A program made the position numbers and the translations under genes. A stretch of DNA of 64,000 bases. It comes from Eledone cirrhosa (lineage: Eukaryota). How positions within the stretch are numbered: position 1 is the first letter of the stretch; each line of letters starts with the position of its first letter. The stretch spans positions 186,620,001-186,684,000 of the forward strand of contig OZ024740.1 in the NCBI GenBank assembly GCA_964016885.1, written 5' to 3'. The notes below the pieces were generated by a model. It did no database searches. It was not told the origin of the DNA and saw only the letters and a program-made list of their open reading frames with translations. This document shows, in pieces, positions 49,325 to 63,454 of this stretch.

Positions 49325-50004
49325 CATACGAATGCACATTCATGTAGAAACATAAAAGTATACGTAAAATGTTGATGTTTATATAGATAAATACACCTTG
49401 TTATAATGTAAGATTTGCTCAAAAATTTGACTTGGAAATGTTTGCTTATTTTTATTTAGGTCAGTTTTGTTTTCTTTAGTTTTTATTACATATATATATA
49501 TATGTATATATACACTCAGACACACACAAATATACATATATATATATGTGTGTGTGTGTCTGTGTGTGTGTGTGTTTGATTGATTATATATTTTTTATGA
49601 CATATTTGCAAATATTCAGAAAATACTAGAATAGAAGTACACGTTACATGGTAATTTTATTTAATTTGTTACAGCATCCGACAAAATGCCTTGTGTTACT
49701 CATTTCAGATCTCTCCAGCCAAATTTAACTTTCCATTTATCGCAATTTTTTCCTGAACTGAGTTCAAATCCTATTGCAGGCTATTTGGGAGGTAAACTAA
49801 GTACATTCTTCCATTTAACACAATCATCAACCTCCTCAGGGGCATTGTGAAGAGCCCATTCTGGTGCAAGCATTCAGGCCAGGTGACTGGTTTGATGATA
49901 ATTACCTGCAGAAATGAGGCATTGGCACACTGCCCCCTCAACTTTCATTTTTTTTCGTTTTTTTTAAACTCATTTATTAAGTGGAGTGGAACTCACCAAA
50001 TCAG

Positions 50005-50195
50005 ACCAAGGAAACAATGTTTCTATTGGTCTGTTCATTGCTGATATTATCTACCTGTTGCAACTCCTGGCAGAAAGACCACCGTGAAATAAAGTGTCTT
50101 GCTCAAGGACATAATGCATTACCTGGTCTGGGAATCGAACTTTCAAACTCGCAGTTGAACATCCAATTCTCTAACCACCGAGTCACAAACCTTCA
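50005..50195 (-). mobile_element. CORE-type SINE
   Basis: gtgaaataaagtgtcttgctcaaggac..gggaatcgaact..ctctaaccac. Confidence 0.78.
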
Positions 50196-50965
50196 CAAAT
50201 AGTAAAACCAAAAAAGACTGTTAACTGAAATAATTGGGTGTTTAGAGAGTAGATACATATATTTTGTTTCTCTGCTTGTTTGGTAGATGAAAAATGGAGT
50301 GGATAAGAAGTTCTCTTAATAATCTTACAGTTCTGGGTTTGTCTGGCCACATAACATCTTGAGAAAGTTTTTTTATCATAGCCTCGGGTTGACCTAAATG
50401 TTGTGAGCAAATTTATTGAGATGGAGCCAGTGTAGAAATCATTGGATGGCTTGTACTTCTGATTTAAGGTGTAGACCTGTCAAATATGTAGATTTGACCT
50501 GTGAATGATGTTAAGTGTACACATATCCCTGGAAAGTTCATCTACGTATACTTCAATTTAATGAGTCAGTAATTCAGTTGATTGAACAATTATATGTATG
50601 TATGCATTAATATCTATCAATCAATGAATTGAGACTCTTTTACTGGCTTCAGTTCAATGACTGAAGCCATGTTAGGGTTTGTAGACAATGATACCAAATC
50701 TTTTATTCATTTCATCAATCTTTATTTGTTTAACCACTAAGTTTTGAGGATATAAACAAATAACACTGTAAATACAAACACTAGGACAATTGCATACACA
50801 CATATATACACACACATGCATGCAAAAACACAAACACACTTGCATATGCATATGATGGGTTACCATATATTTTCCATCAATAAAATTTAACTTACAAGGC
50901 AATGGCCAATCCAAGGTTATGATTGTAGAAAGCACTAGACCAAAGTCCCACTCAGTGTGACTTAA

Positions 50966-51177
50966 TCCTTTAGCATTTAAACATGCTATACCCGGCCAGA
51001 ATTCTTACACTTCTTTCTGCTCAAACTGGCTGTAACTGGCTGTTCATACTAATGTCAAAATATTTTTATTAAAACGAATATCAAAATCTCATACATTCGA
51101 TATTATGTGAGATAAATATGTGAGGTATAGTCTTTACCATAAAAATATAAATACAGAGTAATGTAAATGCTAAAGGG
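50966..51177. mobile_element. piggyBac-type MITE
   Basis: TTAA TSDs (50962-65 and 51178-81); TIR (t/c)cctttagcattta / taaatgctaaaggg. Confidence 0.8.
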
Positions 51178-52829
51178 TTAACCCAAAACAAATTCTAAAC
51201 CACATAGCCATATTCCATTAATATCTATGAATCCACCTAGCATTAAGCAGAAACCATACCATGATATATCTTTTATCTAAAGTGTTAATAAGTAGGAAAT
51301 AATTGATGTCTGTATTCTTATCTAGTGAAGCTGAGTGTGAAGTTACGGTTCAGGACCTTTAATCACACAGTCAGAATATCAGATTTTACTACTGTCAGTA
51401 TGCTGTAACTCTGTGTAAAACATCAAATTTGACTTAGACAGATGATGATGATGATGATAATAATAGTAGAGAGCAACACTGGAAAATAAGACGATTGGAA
51501 GAAGAATTCCATATGCTTTGCTGACAATCTCCTCAGTAGGCCTAGCAGATATATGAACACCATATGGGAGCTTGCATTATTGAACAATTTCATTCCAGTT
51601 TTGTGGTCCAATAGATAGATAGATAGAGATAGTGAGAGAAAGAATGCAGTAATCATTTTTTTTGTTTTTACCATCTTTCAATTATTTATTTTAAACAGAG
51701 TTTATTTCTGTACCCTGACAATCAGAATGTCTGTAAATCTGTTTTTTTTTCTGTCTTTTTTTTTGCATTGTAAGCAATTCCGTGATTTGAAATAAAACCT
51801 TTCAATATTGGCCCTAAAGAATATCTGATTGAATGACATATATCTGATATCAATTAATCTTTGGCGTGCATCTCAGTCATGTCTTTTCTAAACATAAACT
51901 CAATTGTTCTTTCAATTCATATCCATCTCATACTTGCTTGAAGTAGATGACTGTTCAACATTGTGATTTCTGTAGTTGTTCTTATTGTTGTTGTCAAACC
52001 CAGGACTTTGAGCAAAGTTATGATTAAAGGAATTCCTTTTAGAACTAGGTGGGACTACAATATCCAATTTATGTTTGTAGTTATTTCAGGGTGGTTTGGC
52101 TGCTATCTCTAGCAGACAAATTTCCTACAGAGACTCTTGTTTGATTTTGTTGTTGATGGGTAACTTTAGTCAGACCTTTGAAAATTAATTAACAAATCAA
52201 ACTATTAGAAGAAACCCAGTGTATCTATCAGCTGTCAAGTGTCCTAGTTTATAAATAAATTGCCAAACTGACTCTTGACTGACTAAATTCCTTGTTTCAT
52301 ATCACCTATGACTCATATGATTACATGAAGTACGTCTGTCTGTTTGCATGTATTTTCCCAATTTTTGTACACAAAACAAATATTTATATACAAAAAGTAA
52401 TTCCAGAAATCCATTGTGGAAGCTGCAAAATACTTTTGAGCTTAGTAGTGAGACAGGTAAAAACAGGCTGTTTTGGAATTAATTGCTAAGATTTGAATGT
52501 AATTTCTATTAAATATTATAAGTACACATTAGAAACAATATAATAATAAAAAGAAACAATAATAGGATTCAAACAATGTATTTATTATTTTTTCATTATT
52601 AAGACTACCTGTTCTTTTGTGATAGAAATTCAAGTTTATAATGTCTTGTATACATTTATGAAATAATTATTCCTAATTTCTTATTCACTATGTTGTCTTT
52701 TTCAATTTACTATTGAATGGTAGCTACAATATAATGTTATCAGCTATGCTGAATATACTACCTGTCCAAGCTGGCCAACAGTGAGTTAGATAGAATACTT
52801 CAGCTGTCAGATTATAAACCGTGGCATTT

Positions 52830-53000
52830 GATATCTTGGCAGAATTTGAACTCTGAATTCAAAGAGCTGGTGGAACACATACTGCAAGGCATCTCATCTA
52901 ATGCTCTGATATTTCTGCCAATACACTTCTCTGGACTATTAAATTGTTTATCAACTCTGAGAGGATGAAAGGCAAAGTTGATCTCAACTTGACTAAAATT
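52830..53000 (-). mobile_element. Degraded Meta-domain-like SINE pieces
   Basis: gaatttgaactc and aggatgaaaggcaaagttga motifs. Confidence 0.6.
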
Positions 53001-53415
53001 CAACATTGAGATCGATTGATAGAATCAATGAATAATATCCCAGAACTCATTCACTTACTGAGTTGGGTGGAATTTGTCAAAAAGGACCAATGAAACAATA
53101 TTTCCATTGGTCTTTCGATTGCTGATATTATCTACTAGTCACAACTCCTAGTATAAGCACTGCAGATAGCCTAGACAAATACTCCTCTAAATACTGCTAA
53201 ATCATCAATATTAATTTTTAATACAGGCACATGGCTTAATGGGCAAATAAGCACAAGGTTTTCATTAAATCCTAGATTATTACAGTGCTTCTCCAGAATA
53301 GCCACCTCCACTCTAAATTAATATTAGGCAATAATATAATCTATTCCAAATTATGTTTAGTTTGGGGTTTAGGGTTAGGGGTTAAGATTAAGGGTAAGAT
53401 TCATATATGTGTGTG

Positions 53416-53454
<39 letters not shown>

Positions 53455-53484
53455 TTGTATATATATATATATTTATACAAGTAC

Positions 53485-53636
53485 ACACTGTAAATGAGGT
53501 TAGCATCCAGCTGTAGAAACCAAGCCAAAATCAGTTCTGTATGGTCACCTGACCTGGAATTGTTCACAACAGGATAACTCATCTAACCCATGCTAGCATG
53601 GAAAAACAGGCATTAAATGGTGATGATGATGATGAT
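53485..53636 (+). mobile_element. RTE type B / SINE 3' tail fragment
   Basis: cactgtaaatgaggttagcatccagctgtagaaac..ctaacccatgctagcatggaaaa..(TGA)n. Confidence 0.75.
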
Positions 53637-53654
53637 ACATATATATATATATAT

Positions 53655-53819
<165 letters not shown>

Positions 53820-54847
53820 TTATGTCAGATAGACGAATTTATTTACAAATGATTTTTGTCACCTTTTTCATGTCTTGATTTACACGAACATACAAATTTG
53901 ATTTGTATGTTCATATATATTCTGAAAAGAAAACGACATTTTACTTGCTTTTGTTAGAAGCTATTCCAAGTTAAGAGAGATATCGTACATATACCAAAAG
54001 TGCAATTAAACATAGCACAATTTTCCCTCTGGTTGCAAGTATTCACTGTATAAGATACGTTACAGATCAATAAAAAGCACAAGGTTAGCACAAACCAAGG
54101 ATTAGTTAACCCCAAGTCCAGATCACTGGTACAGAAAGAAATTTTTGTGGCATTTCAAACTGAACATCACTAATAGACAATGGATAGGTGAGAGAAGAAA
54201 AATCTTAGCTACTGGCTGATACTGACATACTTGTTAGGTTTTCTAGCATTTTGCTTTTCTTTTCTTCATACCTTACTTACAATTTGACAGATTCTGAAAT
54301 AATATAACTACACACACACATACACACATTCACACATACACACATGCATACGTACATACATACATACATACATGCATACATATGTAGTGTGAGCATGTAT
54401 GTGTAAATATATATAGTTTGTGTATGTGTGCTTCTGTGTGCATGTGTGTGTATGTCTATATAACATTTTCTTTTAATTTATGATTTCATTCATAACCTAT
54501 AGACTTTCCAGGCTAAAGATTCTGTTAAAATCAGGAAATAAAGCAATTATTGAAGCAGAAACTCAGTCTGATATCTCCATTCACATCATTTTAGAGCTGT
54601 ATTATTATTTTGAAAGAACTTTTAGTCTTAATTTAGACTATGAAGCATGTGGATAACACTTGTCCCTATCATATCCATTCATTTCTATAATGAAACAACT
54701 GAAAAGATAATAGTAGCAGGAGACAAAATTTGGAATATGACATGGTTTCACATATAACAGAGACTTACTTTGCTACAGGTTAACAAGGTAACATGTAGTT
54801 ATTTCATCTGCTAAAAGTAATAACTATATATCCATCAAATCAAATCC

Positions 54848-55420
54848 CTTCTTCTTCTTCTTCTTCTTCTTCTTCTTCTTCTTCTTCTTCTTCTTCTTCT
54901 TCTTCTTCTTCTTCTTCTTCTTCTTCTTCTTCTTCTTCTTCTTCACCCACTTCTTCACCCACTTCTTCTTCTTCTTGTTCTTCTTCTTCTTCTTCTTCTT
55001 CTTCTTGGGAGGGTTGTAATGCCAGATTCCTCAAACACTCCTTCCAGCGGGTCTTGTCAGAAGCAACTGTCCCCAACTGATCCGACTGGATCACCAAGCG
55101 AGACCAGCCAAGCTGATGAATGTTATCCAGCCATCTTGCTTGGGGCTCCTCCTGGTTGGTTTTTGCCCATAAAATCGAAACAGCAATTCTTTCCTGAGAC
55201 ATTCTAACCACATGCCCATAGTATCAGTGGTGTGATCTCTCAATCTGGAAAAGTAGTGGCTTTCTCTGGAGTCACTCTCTTATCTCTGAGCTATCCAGAA
55301 TCATTACTCCAAAGATCCTTCGGAAGAACCCCATTTCGGCCACTTGTATTCATTACCATCTTAAGTAAGGAAAGAACACTTTTTGCAACATATTGGTGCA
55401 GCCTGCAAAAAATCTAAGTA
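54848..55420 (-). mobile_element. Degraded RTE-like 3' end with long (GAA)n tail
   Basis: YGHVVRMSQERIAVSILWAK..PQARWLDNIHQLGWSRL..ASDKTRWK; (CTT)n at 54848-55005 is the tail. Confidence 0.75.
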
Positions 55421-55766
55421 GGGCACTTTTATCATATATTATTATTTTTTAAATTTCCATCGTATTTTCAATTTTGTTCCACAGTTAGTGTTGTTTAAAT
55501 TAGAACATGAGTATGCATGTGTAGCAAGCTGCATATATTCTAGCCATTAGGAAATACAAAAATGAAGTTCAGTACAAACACCAAGGTGCTAGCCCTTGAT
55601 TTGCAGCCCTTCAAATGATCATATAATGCCACACCTTCAAATGTTCAGATGATGTTAGACTAAACCATTCCTTCAAATTAGCCACTCTGAACTATAGGTC
55701 ACACTTCATGACCTGAACTCAACAAAATGATGCAGGAATTTTCACCTTCGATGGAAGGGTGACTCA

Positions 55767-55855
55767 AGAAGAAGAAGAAGAAGAAGAAGAAGTAGAAGAA
55801 GTAGAAGAAGAAGAAGAAGAAGAAGAAGAAGAAGAAGAAGAAGAAGAAGAAGAAA
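55767..55855. repeat. (GAA)n microsatellite
   Basis: Directly visible. Confidence 0.95.
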
Positions 55856-56054
55856 TCATAACACTCAAACTTGTTTCATCATGTTAACAATTTCAATTAC
55901 ATTTTCAATTTTCTTCTATAGTAAAAGTTGTTTAAAGCTTAACACCCAGACATTGTTTTATGATTTTAACCAGACATTGTTTTAAGACTATATCTTCAAT
56001 TTCATTCCATAATTAACTGTGTTGAAAGCACAACACTTGAACACATATCATGAC

Positions 56055-56320
56055 AAGAAGACTGCATTGGTATGGACACGTGATGTGCACGGATGATGAT
56101 CGCTTGATGAAGAAGTGTCAGGAAATCCCAGTAATAGGAAGTCACAATAGAGGCAAATCAAGGAAGAACTGGATGGAGATAATGAGAGCTGAGTTCAAAT
56201 CGCTGAGAATCACAGAGGAGGTGACAATAGAACACGACAAGTGGAGAGTTGGTGTGTTCAAAAGCACCTGCCTCACCCATGTGAGCATGGAAAAATGAAT
56301 ATAAAAACGATGATGATGAA
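56055..56320 (+). mobile_element. RTE 3' fragment (type A)
   Basis: RRLHWYGHVMCTDDDRLMKKCQEIPVIGSHNRGKSRKNW; TGA tail. Confidence 0.85.
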
Positions 56321-56745
56321 TTATTTCTAACAAAAAAAGCACTGGCTACAAATTTGATAGTTAAAGAGATATAGTTGATTACATCAATCCTAAAACTCAA
56401 TATAAAAGTAAGCAGAAATAGCTATTTATTTGTCCTTTCTCTTAAAAATGAAAATACATGAAAAATTTTTGAGCTTTCAGTCTTTCATTGCATCATTTTT
56501 ATAGCTTTATATATAAACAAAAGTGGTCTTTTATGGCGGCATCAATAGTTTGGATTTTTTATATTCTTTTTTTCTTATGTTGCTTATATAATCAGTGCTA
56601 ATAAATTAAATAATAATTGAAATTAATGCAAGAAGATATTCTTACATGAACAGAGTTTCTCATGAATAACTTTAAATATTGATCAACAATACCCATGCCC
56701 CACAAAAAACAAAGAATATATACACACATATATATATATGCATGC

Positions 56746-56816
<71 letters not shown>

Positions 56817-57551
56817 TGTGTGTGTGTATGTGTGTGTAAACTGAAAAGAAATTTCTTTGTTCTTTCCTTTGAAACAGAAAAAGACACACATACACACACG
56901 CACACATGCATACGCATGAAAATGAAATATGAAAATAAAACCAAATTAGGCAGGAAGAAAAAATTTTGCTTTACCAAAAGTATCTATTGTAATATCATGC
57001 TTGCAGACAATACTCAATATGTGAATAATTCTTTCCTTGACTCTCTTTTATTCCAGACTAAAAGAATATTCCCTGGTGGTACCGCCACAGTCATATTAAT
57101 GTAGCTATGAATCTCAAATTCAGAATCAAGAAATAAATAATAAATAATAATAAAAAGTGAAAATAAAATCACAAAAAAAACAAATTGGTTTATCTGAAAT
57201 AGTAATAATGAAAATAATAACAATAATAACAATAATAAATAATACTAGCAATAATAATTTCAAAATAATAAATAATAATGATAATATTAATATTATTATT
57301 AGTAATAGTAAGAAAAGAAACTCTTGATGTATTTCTCAAACCAATGAATAATAATAATAACAACAACAATAATACTAATACTAGTAATAGTGGTATTAAC
57401 TATACTAATAATAACACAAACAATAATTTTCACTCTTTCTGATGTCTGATTATAATGGCTATCAGAACTCACGTCTATTAATAGTCTGAATATATTAATA
57501 TTATTTAAAATTCCTTCTTTTCTACTACCTGCTTTTCCTCTTTGTTATTTC

Positions 57552-57555
<4 letters not shown>

Positions 57556-57638
<83 letters not shown>

Positions 57639-57650
57639 CCTCTCTCTCTA
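57556..57650. repeat. (CT)n microsatellite
   Basis: Directly visible. Confidence 0.97.
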
Positions 57651-58373
57651 TTTCAATTTTCATTTACTGCTACTTCCAATCACCCTGTATTAATGTTCTT
57701 TGATCTTACCCTTTATCTCTCTCTTCTCCTTCACTACCCTCCCACCTCGTCTTATCTCTCCCTCTTACTTTATCATTGTGTAATTCTCACATTACACACA
57801 CACTCTCTCTCACACACATGCTCACACTCACATACAAACACACCCTCTTTTTGTTTCCTTCTGGCTCTCTATTTCTGTTCTTTCTCACTCTATTACTTTC
57901 ACCTAGACACACATATACACACAAATACTCTTTATTTTTTTAATTTTCATCATAATTTCTCTTTCTCACTCTCACTTTCTCTCCAAGGAATTGGAATTAA
58001 TTACATTCTCACTTTACATCAGTTTCAGTAAATTCTGCTCAATTAGTGTTTGGCATTCTGAAATGGTTATTCTGTCTGTCACTATTTGGGGTTTTATCAA
58101 CCACCATGTCTGATCAGCCAAGGAATATATAATAATAACTATATAAGTTAACATATTGAGAGCTGCAAGAGCTAGTTACTTACCATGATATGTCAGATAT
58201 TACTTTAAACCTTTATTGATTATGTTTCTAGTGAGATACACTACCTATCTTCCTAAATTAATTTTGAAATCAATCAGTCAACTAGTATTTAGTAAAATAA
58301 GTAACTTTTTCAGAAGGGGTTGCTATTAAATTGGGTTTCATAATTAAGGGTACTTATCAACCAAGACTAGACT

Positions 58374-58413
<40 letters not shown>

Positions 58414-58492
58414 TCCATACACACATTACCATACACACACACATATAAATATGAATAAATGCAAATAAATATGCCTATATATATATACTTAA

Positions 58493-58524
<32 letters not shown>

Positions 58525-58712
58525 CAATGTATGCATCTCTGTATGTATGTATTTACATTAGTGTTGTTTTTCCAGTGTTTCTCAAAGTGTATTGTGGAAC
58601 CCCAGAGTTGTGCAAATTATTCTTGGACTTGAGATAAGGTGTCTTTAGTTAAAATTTACTATAGTTTTTTTATATGAAAAACATTTTTGTTTCAATTAAT
58701 CATCATCACCAA

Positions 58713-58752
<40 letters not shown>

Positions 58753-59543
58753 TTCATCATCATTTAACGTCCATTTTGCTTCCTACCATGGGTTTGATGG
58801 ATTGACTTCCCAGACAGACTGGGTCTACATCTGGTTTACATACATTTTACACTTTACAGAGTGCATGGGGTGAATTTCATTGAAGCACTATTACTAGGGA
58901 GGCTATCATATCTTAGACACAACTGAAAAGCTCATTTGTACCTATGTTTGGCAAGTTTTCTATGGTTAAATACCCTTCCAAGCAGGTATTGTATGATGGG
59001 TGTGTTAAGTGTGGTGGGATTTAAAGGGGTGATGTGAGAAAGTGAATTTCCCCTAAACTATAGTGTTCAAGGGAATAGAAGCAAACATGAAAACAAAACT
59101 GATAATTGTTTTTTTTTTTTTTTTTATAGTAAAATGAATGTTTATTCTCAATACATTTGTTTCACTTGCAAATAATTATATACATTTATTTTTAGTCATG
59201 GAATATTATGAAACCATTTTAACATTATATTAAAATACAGAGTTCACATAATGAAAAGTATTTTCTTTGGAATATTAATATATCTGAGTGAAGGTGTATT
59301 TGTAAATAAAATGTATTGCACATACCCTTTTAGGAGACAGACTGAATGTGTGAATGCAGAGGTGTGATAGAGTAAAGAATATAGCCCTGCTGTCTAGTGT
59401 ATTACTGACCTGTTAGCTAGCAGTCAGCCTAAAATTGCCAGCAACTGCTGCACCCAAAATATTGTGCCAAGTGAAAGACTGCCTGCTTTAAGTCCTCTCT
59501 TTTATAGGTAAAGTGGTTCTTGATCACTTGCAGGAAGTGGCCT

Positions 59544-59544
<1 letters not shown>

Positions 59545-59578
<34 letters not shown>

Positions 59579-59745
59579 TATCATCATCACCTTCATCAAT
59601 ATCATCTTCGTTTTTACATCCATTTTTCTATGCTTGCATGGGTTGGATGGGTCCTTCTCACCACAGCATCTCTTCATTTGTCGTGTTCCTTCATCATCTC
59701 CTCTGTGAGTCTCAGTGATTTGAGATCAGCTCTCACAACCTCTAT
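59545..59745 (-). mobile_element. RTE 3' end fragment with (TGA)n tail
   Basis: Reverse complement homologous to 5900-6050. Confidence 0.8.
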
Positions 59746-59903
59746 GATATGAAAATATGGTGTAGATTCATAAAACAGCAATAGCAAACCATGCTATATG
59801 TATATATATACATTGAGGTTTATGATAGATACAAACAAAAATACCTTTATATGTTTAAGACTAGCATCCATCTATATATTTTTTGCATTATCACATATAT
59901 ATA

Positions 59904-60011
<108 letters not shown>

Positions 60012-60813
60012 CTTATATATACATATATTTGTGCATATTTATCTATGAAATGATGAATATATATATACAAAAATACATATGATATTTTTTTTACTTTCTG
60101 ATATTTTATTTAAACTTTTACTCCTCCATATAAGCTAATCATATGTATACAGAGATATTTTACCTAGGCTTTTAGTTCCTGATATACCATCAGCATTTTA
60201 GGACAAATCTGACATGAAAGACTAAAAAAATAAACTGAATATAAAAAAGAAGCAGAAGAAAATCAATATTATGACATTTAACAAATATATATATATCAAT
60301 GTCTATGGTATCTTTTTACTAAATATCTTTACTAAATATCTTTCCGCTTCTTCCCTGTAGGATTATTTTGCTGTTCAAAATAGACATCTCATATGTATAT
60401 CCTTATCAATGTATTCCTGCTATAAGGAAAACAACACAACAGTATTTCAATGACATTAATATTTTTTAAGCTACACACACACACACATGTATACATTATA
60501 AATAATACATATATTACAAATTCACAAACACACACACATACTCACAGATTTATATATATATATCGGTGAGTGCGTGTGTGCGTGTAAATGTGCATATATA
60601 TATATAATGTAAATACTTGTATATTGCTTAGTGACATACTTCAGCTATAATCTATTAAAGAAAATGTACACACCTTCCCTAAATCATCCTTTTGTTACTC
60701 ATGAATTTTCCTCATTCACTTCATAAAATATTATACATATATATATATACATACGTCTATATACATACATATATATATATACATACGTCTATATACATGT
60801 ATATATATATATG

Positions 60814-60883
<70 letters not shown>

Positions 60884-61012
60884 TGTATATATATATGTAT
60901 GTAATTTTTTTTTGAAATAATATATATATATTTATATATGTACATATATGTGTGTGTAAATGAAAGAGATATATTTATTTTGTTTGTTTTTTTTTTTGCT
61001 TTCTGTTTCCAG

Positions 61013-61197
61013 AATAAAGCATTTACTTTGATAACACAGTCTGTCAGTGCGTCTTTTTTTATAACTTCTCAAAGAAACCCATCAATGAATGGATATGTTG
61101 AAAACGAAATATACTTAGAAAAATATACATAATAATTTAACTGGAGGATTATTTTCAAGAATATATTTTTTTTAAAGAAAATTCTAGAGAATTTGTA
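61013..61197 (+). other. Candidate (non-coding or terminal) host exon
   Basis: tttttttttgctttctgtttccag| acceptor and |GTGAGT donor; the longest frame stops at 61132. Confidence 0.25.
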
Positions 61198-61671
61198 GTG
61201 AGTTAACCCAAATGCATTCTGGTTAGAAAAAAAAGTAACAAGAAAAATAACAACAGAAAATTTATATATTACACTTTTTCAAAGCTATATAGGAATTTAA
61301 ATGAAAAGGATTACTTTTGAGGAAATATACTGTGGAATATGGTCTAAGAAAAAATAATTTGACAATATATGCCTAAGAAGATATTTCAGACTTCATGATA
61401 CTAAATAGTTGTATTGCCTATCATTAGTTTATTGTAGTGAAATCACTTGAGTGGTTAATGCTTAATGAACCTATGTTGGAAATGAGTCACTGGAGAAGGA
61501 GTAAAAGTAATTTTCAACATGGTCATTACTCATAGTGCTAGAAATAGCTGCAAAATTTTCCCCAAAGTACATCCTTATGTGTTAAAATAAAAGCAAGAGA
61601 GAGAGAGACAGTGGGAGAGATTAAGAGGGAGAGAGAGAGAGAGAGATTTGTTATCATTATTATGATGGATT

Positions 61672-61863
61672 GGGCGGTGGATTGGCAGTATCGGTAGAGG
61701 GTCGGACGCCATGCTTTACAGCATAGTTACGTCCCTTTACAATCTGAGTTCAAATCCCGCCGAGGTTGACTTTGCCTTTCATCCTTACGAGGTCGATAAA
61801 ATAAAGTACCAGTAATGCGCTGGGTAATTGCTGGCCTTGTGCCTAAAGTAGAAACAATTATTA
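61672..61863 (+). mobile_element. Meta-domain-like SINE, full length
   Basis: Family consensus; flanking attattatgatg repeat consistent with a TSD. Confidence 0.9.
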
Positions 61864-61864
61864 T

Positions 61865-63214
61865 GATGCTTTGAATCATTTGTTCCCGCCTCTGTGCATT
61901 CTAAGCTGCCAACTTACATGGTAGCCTTAATCTGTTGCTTGGTTTAAAACCAGAATCTGTCTTAAGCAAATATCTTTGATTTTATTAAGTATATTTTACT
62001 TATAATACCACTAGAAACATTATCTATTCAACGTTGACTTTGCCGTTCATCCTTATGGGGTCGATAAAATAAAGTACCAGTAATGCACTGGGTAATTGCT
62101 GGCCTTGTGCCAAAAAGTAGAAAGAATTATTATCTTTGTTTTATCATGTTTTATTTACTGGCATGGGCTGGATGAGAATTTTTGAGGCAGTATTTTATGG
62201 TTGAATGCCCTTCTAGATGCCAACCCTTTTAGTCATCTCTTATAACATACAAAACTCAGTGTACCTATACATGGTAAAGAATAATACAGTCTCAGATATG
62301 CAAAGCTTAGAAAAGAACATGATAGTCAGTCATTGCTGGAATTCCTTATCCTAGGTCTGTTCAAACCAAACGGTAAATTTGGGTAGAGAAAAGTAAAGAA
62401 AATTTTAAACATTCACATATTATTGCTTTGACTTGAAAGTTGAAGCCAGTTTTCTTTTACTGTTTTTTAGAAACTTCATCAGGTGATTTAAACTTTGAGT
62501 GGACAACCACTGATGTAGTGACTGTATTTGTTGACTTCTGCCAATAATTTTAAAACTATTTAAATAAATGGTTGCCATCTCTTTTAAACCAGCTTGCACT
62601 ATTATTTTATCAAGAACTTTACAACCAGAAAAAAAATAATTCTATCAACAATAAAATCATAAATATTTTATTTAAACTGTGAAATCTTTAGTCAAATAGT
62701 AAAGATTTTAAAAAAAATGTAGTATTATTTTTAAAAAAATAGATGTTTCAAAAAGTAAAACTATATAAAAAAATACAATCTCATTCATTTAATTTTTAGT
62801 TTTATTCTTTTCTGAGAAATTAATGGTTTCTGATTTACGCACAAGGCCAACAATTTTGATGCTTTATTTCTTTATTTTATTGACCCCATAAGGATGAAAC
62901 GAAAGCTAACCACAATGGGATTTGAACTCACAATGTAATGGGACATAACTATATGGTGCAAAACATGTCTAATGTTCTATCAATACTACCAATCCACTGC
63001 CTTATTTTCTTAAGAAATTAATGAAATCAACGTTGAATAGATAATGTTTCTAGTGGTATTATAAGTAAAATATACTAAATAAAATTCAAAGATATTTGCT
63101 TAAGACACATTCTGATTTTAAACCAAGCAACAGATTAAGGCTACCATGTAAGTTGGCAGCTGCGGCATTGGAACTTAGAATGCACAGAGGCAGGAACAAA
63201 TGCTTCAAAGCATC
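61865..63214. repeat. Inverted duplication: 61865-62037 versus 63027-63214
   Basis: The arms are reverse complements with few substitutions and one indel of about 14 nt. Confidence 0.9.
62818..63001 (-). mobile_element. Older Meta-domain-like SINE
   Basis: gcacaaggccaacaa..gaccccataaggatgaaa..gggatttgaactca..accaatccactgcc. Confidence 0.8.
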
Positions 63215-63266
63215 TTGTTCAATTCTCTAACAATTCTGTCAATCTCCAGCCCTGGAGTTGTACATT

Positions 63267-63454
63267 GGTGGATTGGCAGTATTGGTAGAGGGTCGGACGC
63301 CATGCTTTCCAGCATAGTTACATCCCTTTACGATCTGAGTTCAAATCTTGCCGAGGTTGACTTTGCCTTTCATCCTTACGGGGTCAATAAAATAAAGTAC
63401 CACTAATGCACTGGGTAATTTGCTGGCCTTGTGCCTAAAGTAGAAACAATTATT
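63267..63454 (+). mobile_element. Meta-domain-like SINE, full length
   Basis: Family consensus. Confidence 0.9.

Noticed and set aside
53360-53400. Interstitial telomere (TTAGGG-like)
   Set aside because: Only about two perfect units in a degenerate stretch; too short to support.
54840-55211. Poly-Glu acidic protein
   Set aside because: An RTE-like C-terminus read into its (GAA)n tail.
58205-58700. Possible piggyBac-like and Charlie-like MITE remnants (ttaaaccttt..; cagtgtttctcaaagtg)
   Set aside because: Only one terminus of each is recognisable and no TSD pair could be confirmed.
60340-60440. Possible exon near 60.36-60.42 kb on either strand
   Set aside because: Acceptor-like sites exist, but the frames I checked close quickly and no good donor follows.
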